64,000 bases of DNA from Abditibacterium sp. (GTDB lineage Bacteria; Armatimonadota; Abditibacteriia; Abditibacteriales; Abditibacteriaceae): contig CBDASK010000003.1 of NCBI GenBank assembly GCA_965199495.1, forward strand, positions 4,192,001-4,256,000, given 5' to 3'. How positions within the stretch are numbered: the stretch's first letter is position 1; each line of letters opens with the position of its first letter. The position numbers and the translations under genes are program-made. Below the pieces are notes generated by a model. The model had not been told where the DNA came from and made no database searches. It saw nothing but the letters and a program-made list of their open reading frames with translations. Below are positions 59,260-64,000 of the stretch, piece after piece.

Positions 59260-60852
59260 TTACACCGCGAAATAACTCATGCCGCGTTGCCAGTGCGCCA
59301 GACACACCGCGTCGCCCTTGTCCGGCGAACGCCCCAACCTTTGCGACACGCTTTTATTCGCCACACCCGGTTGCGAATACTTCGGTTCCAGCATAATTCC
59401 CTGGGCCGAAACGTGGTAACGCGGCGCGCACAGATCGGCTTTGAGTTCGGGATCATCGGGCAAACACAATCCCTCGCCGTGAACCGGATCGAGCGCCTCG
59501 CGGAGCGTCCAATACATCGCCGCTCGCACGTTGCCCAAACGATATTTGCCGCTCTTGTCTCGCAGTTTACAGGCATTGGAGGCGTTGACGGCGACGACAT
59601 CCATCCACATTTTGCCCGCCGTTTCGTCGCTCATCCGGTCGGCTCTCTCGCGCAGCGAATCGAAAACGCTGGTGCCAACGCCGGTCAAGTCGATATTAAT
59701 CGTCGCGCCCAGCCCCCACTGCTCCATTACCAGAACTGCGCCTTTGGGCCCGTCGTTGGTCGAAATGCCCTGATGCGTTACGACCGGTGCGAACCAGTGG
59801 TCGTAACGCGGCGCAATCGCAAACGCCGCCTGTCCGCCGCGCGACGGGTCAACGCCCAGACACGAAAGCGGGATCGGCGCCCCATCCGCGCGCACCGGAC
59901 GAGGCTGGCGGCGCCCGCGCTCCATCGCAGCCTCGACCCACGCCGTCGGGATGCACTGCCACGCGTCGTCCATCACGCCCGCCGTGAAGTCGCCACTGCG
60001 CAACTGCGAGCGCAGCGGCTCCGGCAACATCGAGAGCGTCTGGTCGTAGTTGGTCGCCGCTAAGACCGGGTTATCGCTCAGCTTGGCCGGAATAAAGGTG
60101 CGGCTCTGCGGAAAGATGAACTGCGGCGTGCCGTCCGGCTTGAGAACGGGTTGGCCTTGCGCGTCGGTTTCGGGGATCGGCGAGCCGTCCGGAACTTCGC
60201 GCTCTTTGTTACCGATGCGCGCGAACCAGCGCACCTCGCCCGCGCGCGCCGGATTAGGATGCTTGGGATCAAGCCACGGCGCGAAGAACTCAAGCACCCA
60301 CATTCCTTCGGCGGAAGTCGGCGGGTTAAAAGTGAGAATGACTCGCGTGCGCTGGCTGGCATCGGGCGAACGCACCCAACCGATGAGCGCCTCAATCATT
60401 GAGCGCGGCCATTCGGTCGCTTCGTCTATCCCCAAAAAGTCGCGCGTGCGACCGCGCCACTTCTTGAGCAGGTCGGCCTCGCGCTGCACGGCGGCAAAGC
60501 GGATTTTATGACGGCGCGTTTTGCCGCCGGTCGTTTTCCACTGGCCGTGCCACACGCGCGTCGAACCGTTGTAATCGCCGACATCATCGAGAATCTCGTG
60601 CGAGCGATCAATGATGTCGTCCAACTGCGGATACTCGCGCCGGAAGATGTCGGCCTTGCGGTGCAGCGTGGCCGCTGCACCCAGCAAGAGGTCAGTTTTG
60701 CCTCCACCGGCTTGGCCGCCAAATCCGACGACGAAAGCCGGGCTTTCAATCGCCATCTGCTGCGGCGAATTGGGGTAGGGCGTCCACTCAATCTTCGTCG
60801 TTGTCGTCTTCTTCGCTCGCGTTTTCCCACGGCGCTTCGACCGTTGCTCCAT
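59260..60852 (-). CDS. terL: Terminase large subunit
   Basis: Walker A GGQAGGGKT, Walker B GIDEA, TFNPP, LSDNP, GVDPSRGG, RSPDKGDA; start uncertain. Confidence 0.93.
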   Translation of the reverse strand: MEQRSKRRGKTRAKKTTTTKIEWTPYPNSPQQMAIESPAFVVGFGGQAGGGKTDLLLGAAATLHRKADIFRREYPQLDDIIDRSHEILDDVGDYNGSTRVWHGQWKTTGGKTRRHKIRFAAVQREADLLKKWRGRTRDFLGIDEATEWPRSMIEALIGWVRSPDASQRTRVILTFNPPTSAEGMWVLEFFAPWLDPKHPNPARAGEVRWFARIGNKEREVPDGSPIPETDAQGQPVLKPDGTPQFIFPQSRTFIPAKLSDNPVLAATNYDQTLSMLPEPLRSQLRSGDFTAGVMDDAWQCIPTAWVEAAMERGRRQPRPVRADGAPIPLSCLGVDPSRGGQAAFAIAPRYDHWFAPVVTHQGISTNDGPKGAVLVMEQWGLGATINIDLTGVGTSVFDSLRERADRMSDETAGKMWMDVVAVNASNACKLRDKSGKYRLGNVRAAMYWTLREALDPVHGEGLCLPDDPELKADLCAPRYHVSAQGIMLEPKYSQPGVANKSVSQRLGRSPDKGDAVCLAHWQRGMSYFAV

Positions 60853-61426
60853 TTTTGCGGAGAGTCTCAGTGAGTTGGGCGAGAATGTCTTCATCGGGAA
60901 CTTCGTCCAATTTTAGCGAATTGCGAAAGCCCCACAACTCGCACCAGGCTTTGGCGCTACTCACGGCTGCGACATCGTAGCGCGCGCTCGTGTTGCGATC
61001 CCATTTGGCGGGCACTAAGATGAACTCGCCGTTTGGGCCGGTTCCGCCCGACTCCATCAATGGTAACGCGTCGAGCTTGCCACTGATCTCTAACTTGCGC
61101 AGCGCCGCCTGACTGAGCGCGGTTCGCATTTTGTCCAACGTGTCCAGCGCTGAGTCTCGGTCTTTGGCCAGTTGCTCTCGGTCCCACGCGCCCGCTCTCT
61201 CTCTCCAACTCCATCTGATCGCGGTCGTTTTCCATGTTGCTGAAAGCTGGGGCTTTTTGGGGCTTTTTGAGGCCTTTGCGTAAAAAATTTTATACGCCGT
61301 GCGCAGTGACCGACGCGGCCCCAAAACCAGATACGCGTTGAACCACGCGAAATGGGTGACGGGTTCTTCCGGTTGCTGCTCGTAAAGCGGAGCGTCTTCG
61401 GAGAGAGCTTTGATTTCATCGGACAC
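60788..61426 (-). CDS. terS: Putative terminase small subunit
   Basis: Directly upstream of terL; QPEEP..FAWFNAYL..RSL..WSWRERAGAWD pattern. Confidence 0.65.
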   Translation of the reverse strand: MSDEIKALSEDAPLYEQQPEEPVTHFAWFNAYLVLGPRRSLRTAYKIFYAKASKSPKKPQLSATWKTTAIRWSWRERAGAWDREQLAKDRDSALDTLDKMRTALSQAALRKLEISGKLDALPLMESGGTGPNGEFILVPAKWDRNTSARYDVAAVSSAKAWCELWGFRNSLKLDEVPDEDILAQLTETLRKNGATVEAPWENASEEDDNDED

Positions 61427-61496
61427 GGCACAAAGTTAGACGCAAATTAACCATAAAGGACACAAAGAACACACGAATAAACATAGAGAGTCGCGC

Positions 61497-62225
61497 CTAT
61501 GGCCCAGCTAAGAACTCAGCGGCCAGCAGTTCCACGACCTGACCGTGCAAAAGCGGCCCGTCGCCCGGCAACTCCAATCCGTCGGCTTGCAAACGCGCGC
61601 GCACTCGCTCAATGGCATCCACGTAGACGGCGTGGCTGGACTGCGGCATGGTCGCCGTGAACGATTGCATTGCCTCGGTTTCGCCCGACGCCTCGCCGCT
61701 CTCTCCCGCGCTCTCGCTCGTGGCCTTCACCGATTCCCAATCGAACTCGGCCAATCGCAGCAGTTCCGCCAGTTCTTCGTCGGAGTAGGGCAACCCAATC
61801 GCCAGTTCCGCGCCGCCGGTCGTCTCGCCGATTTCGGCCAAGAGCGCCGCCAGGTCAACCGTATTGGCGCGCCCGCGCGTTTCGTTCAGGATGATCGTCA
61901 GCTTCTTGGCGTCGGCATCGCTCAATGCGCCCAGATTGACGACCGGCAGTTCGTTCTTCTCGAAGAGCGTCTCCAACGACGGATGATATTCGCCGCAATC
62001 GCCCGCTTTCCAATTCTCGCGCAGTTCGCCAAACGCGCGCCAGCGATGTTCCCCGTCAATGATCATCACGCCGTTCTCGCCCTCGATTTCGCGCACGGTG
62101 ATCGGGTCGATGAAGCCAAAGCGCGCGATGGACTCCAACTCGGCGCGATAAACGCGGTCGGGCATCACGTTGGGGTTGTAAGCATTGGGTGCGATCTGAG
62201 CGTAAGGCAAGGTTTGATGATTCAT
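61497..62225 (-). CDS. ParB/sulfiredoxin N-terminal domain protein
   Basis: NAYNPNVM, SIARFGFIDPI, IIDGEHRW. Confidence 0.88.
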   Translation of the reverse strand: MNHQTLPYAQIAPNAYNPNVMPDRVYRAELESIARFGFIDPITVREIEGENGVMIIDGEHRWRAFGELRENWKAGDCGEYHPSLETLFEKNELPVVNLGALSDADAKKLTIILNETRGRANTVDLAALLAEIGETTGGAELAIGLPYSDEELAELLRLAEFDWESVKATSESAGESGEASGETEAMQSFTATMPQSSHAVYVDAIERVRARLQADGLELPGDGPLLHGQVVELLAAEFLAGP

Positions 62226-62671
62226 TTGCGTCGTTTCTTCTTCGAGGCTTTAGCTTCCTTTTGCGGTGGTTCGATGTTCAATTCCCACCTGTCGAAGTCA
62301 TCGTTGAACGCAAACCCCATTTTGAGAAGCCACGGCAAAGAAAATTCGGTCGCTCGCCCGGTGACGACCTGGCGTGTTTCTGGGAAGCGTCTCAACAATT
62401 CTTTGAACATTGCGGTCATGATGCCGCAACGTCGCAAATAGCTGGGAACAAAGCACTGCGCGATGGCAAGAACCCGCCCTGTGTCTTCTCGATACCAAAG
62501 CCAACCGTAAGGCGCTCTCGCCGCGAAGCTTTTGGCCTCGATAGCCTCTACACCCTCGCATCCAGAAAAAGATTGTGCGAACGTCAATTTTGTGCCGCCG
62601 TTTTGGATGCTCTCGCGTAGCGGCGCCCAACTCTCAAGACTTTGCATGGCTCGTTTTAATTTTTTGTTCAT
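62222..62671 (-). CDS. GNAT-family acetyltransferase
   Basis: FVPSYLRRCGIMTAM acetyl-CoA motif A; WLLKMGF. Confidence 0.7.
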   Translation of the reverse strand: MNKKLKRAMQSLESWAPLRESIQNGGTKLTFAQSFSGCEGVEAIEAKSFAARAPYGWLWYREDTGRVLAIAQCFVPSYLRRCGIMTAMFKELLRRFPETRQVVTGRATEFSLPWLLKMGFAFNDDFDRWELNIEPPQKEAKASKKKRRK

Positions 62672-62684
62672 GTGCTTTTCTCAC

Positions 62685-63509
62685 TTAATCCACCCATACG
62701 ACGCCGCGCCTCTCCCACAGATCGGTCATCGTCTCTTCCAACTTCAACAGATTGCGGATGCTGCGGCGGCAGATCAGTTCCAGTCCCGCCTGCGAGCGCG
62801 ACGACGGTAACGCGCCCGATCCGACGATGTCGCCGTTGCGCCCGTTCTCCATCACCATTTTGCCGTAGCGAAAGCAGTTCACCCACGACGACGAATCGGC
62901 GGAGTAAAACGGAAACGCTTCGAGCATCGCCTGGCCGGTCGCCGCCAATCCGTGGAAGCGCGGCAGACCTTTCACGCCATGCGCGCGCACCAGATGTCCC
63001 AGCACCTCGCGCAGCCACGCGCACCGTTTGGCGGTCGACAAATCGTTGCGCGGCGAGAGGCCGATCACGGCTTTCGTATCGGGACGGCGCGCGATCAGTT
63101 CGTCCAGAAAACTCCATGGCTCGTTCTGGTGAAAGACTTCCACTGTGCACAATCCCGCGCCCCGCAAAGCATCGGCGTTACAAAGGCTCTGCTTCATGCC
63201 CTGCGCGATCTCGCTCGCCGTGGCTGTGCGCCCGGCCTCTCCCGGAATTACGTCCAGATTGATGATGTGGGCGATGGGCCACTTCTCCTGCACGCGGCGC
63301 GCAATCGGCAAATACTGCGTAAGCGTCACCGGCACGCCCGCGTTCCACGCCGAAAACGCGCCCGAATCCAGCAGCAGATAACCGGGCATATAAGGCAACT
63401 GTTCCAACCCACCCATGTAAATCTGCGAACACAGGATGTTGGGCGGCGCCTCCGAGGCGATGATGTGTTGAGCATTGCCGTTGCTCGACACGGCGAAAAC
63501 CATCTTCAT
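62685..63509 (-). CDS. TGT-fold protein, putative DNA 7-deazaguanine transglycosylase (DpdA-like)
   Basis: LLDSGAFS, NLDVI, VFH, FHGLA, SADSSSW; adjacent to queF. Confidence 0.75.
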   Translation of the reverse strand: MKMVFAVSSNGNAQHIIASEAPPNILCSQIYMGGLEQLPYMPGYLLLDSGAFSAWNAGVPVTLTQYLPIARRVQEKWPIAHIINLDVIPGEAGRTATASEIAQGMKQSLCNADALRGAGLCTVEVFHQNEPWSFLDELIARRPDTKAVIGLSPRNDLSTAKRCAWLREVLGHLVRAHGVKGLPRFHGLAATGQAMLEAFPFYSADSSSWVNCFRYGKMVMENGRNGDIVGSGALPSSRSQAGLELICRRSIRNLLKLEETMTDLWERRGVVWVD

Positions 63510-63982
63510 AGCGGTTTATATCCCGGTGGCTTCGCGTCGTTTCCGTCAATGCCGGATGCTTTAAGAAAATCAATGGACAAACTTGAGCCAGAACCATCCA
63601 CGCGATCATCGTTTTCCATCGCCGTGCGATGAGCCGTCACGACAAGGCCAATGCCGCCGCGCCGGTTCTGGGTGACTGTGACGCAGCATGAACTCGGCTC
63701 AATCGCAGCCATCACGTCGGCGGCGATGCGCGCGGCCAACTGCTCGCAGAACATTCCCTCATCGCGAAACGCCCACAGATAGAACTTGAGCGCCTTCGAT
63801 TCGAGCGCCCACTCGCCCGGTTCGCAGGAGATCGAAACCGTGCCGAAGTCGGGTTGGCCAGAGCGCGGGCAAACGCTGGTGAATTCCTCGCACGCGAAGC
63901 GAATCTGACTCACATCAGGCGCTTCGATGCGTTCGTTACGTAACGAAATCGCTGCTTCGTCCAGCGAGTTCGGGCGTGGCAA
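63506..63982 (-). CDS. queF: preQ0 reductase (frame open to window edge)
   Basis: EFTSVCPRSGQPDFG, QueF motif ESKALKFY, RRGGI. Confidence 0.88.
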   Translation of the reverse strand: MPRPNSLDEAAISLRNERIEAPDVSQIRFACEEFTSVCPRSGQPDFGTVSISCEPGEWALESKALKFYLWAFRDEGMFCEQLAARIAADVMAAIEPSSCCVTVTQNRRGGIGLVVTAHRTAMENDDRVDGSGSSLSIDFLKASGIDGNDAKPPGYKPL

Positions 63983-64000
63983 TGGACCGCTTTTGGGCAG

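Larger units (their letters stand above)
21810..64000 (-). mobile_element. Siphovirus-like prophage (continues beyond right edge)
   Basis: Ordered terminase-portal-protease-capsid-connector-tail tube-chaperone-tape measure-tail genes; no sheath gene; left boundary inferred. Confidence 0.9.

Noticed and set aside
60040..60060. Spacer 2 self-targeting terL (cgaccaactac)
   Set aside because: Only about 11 nt match, expected by chance; no exhaustive search was possible
61430..61482. cacaaag-rich stretch resembling the 695-842 repeat
   Set aside because: Short, low-complexity and lacks an inverted partner
987..63632. Many long antisense and alternate-frame ORFs in the track
   Set aside because: Shadows of real genes in GC-rich DNA, with no motifs
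1..64000. tRNA/rRNA genes, cas1/cas2, lysis genes, DGR reverse transcriptase
   Set aside because: No recognisable signature seen by eye in this window

Overview
GC-rich bacterial chromosome segment in two parts. Bases 1-21.8 kb are host DNA: purM (partial), purF, an HD hydrolase, a GH2 glycosidase, a G5/3D protein, glyA, a HEPN/MNT-like pair, a UDP-GlcNAc pyrophosphorylase, a GtaA-like protein, dcd, a small integron (intI, attI, one ankyrin cassette, attC) and DUF58, with several long intergenic inverted repeats. From about 21.8 kb to the window end lies a siphovirus-like prophage, with structural genes on the minus strand: queF/dpdA-like 7-deazaguanine genes, terminases, portal, prohead protease, HK97 capsid, tail tube, frameshifted tail chaperone, tape measure, tail/fibre genes and a GT9 glycosyltransferase. 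The top finding is a plus-strand module inserted in the tail operon. It carries a catalytically intact, TnpA-less TnpB followed immediately by a type I-E-like CRISPR mini-array (3 x 29-bp repeats, 32-bp spacers), with an anti-repeat inside the tnpB 3' (omegaRNA) region and a solitary canonical I-E repeat downstream. This is a candidate nascent phage-borne type V CRISPR system. The head module also encodes a candidate capsid-loaded polymorphic effector system: a repeated W-x-E-x-x-HPR-x-x-x-G-x-F motif, a WHH nuclease joined to it by slippage at an A9 run, and an SMI1/KNR4 immunity gene. All calls come from reading motifs by eye; no database searches were run.
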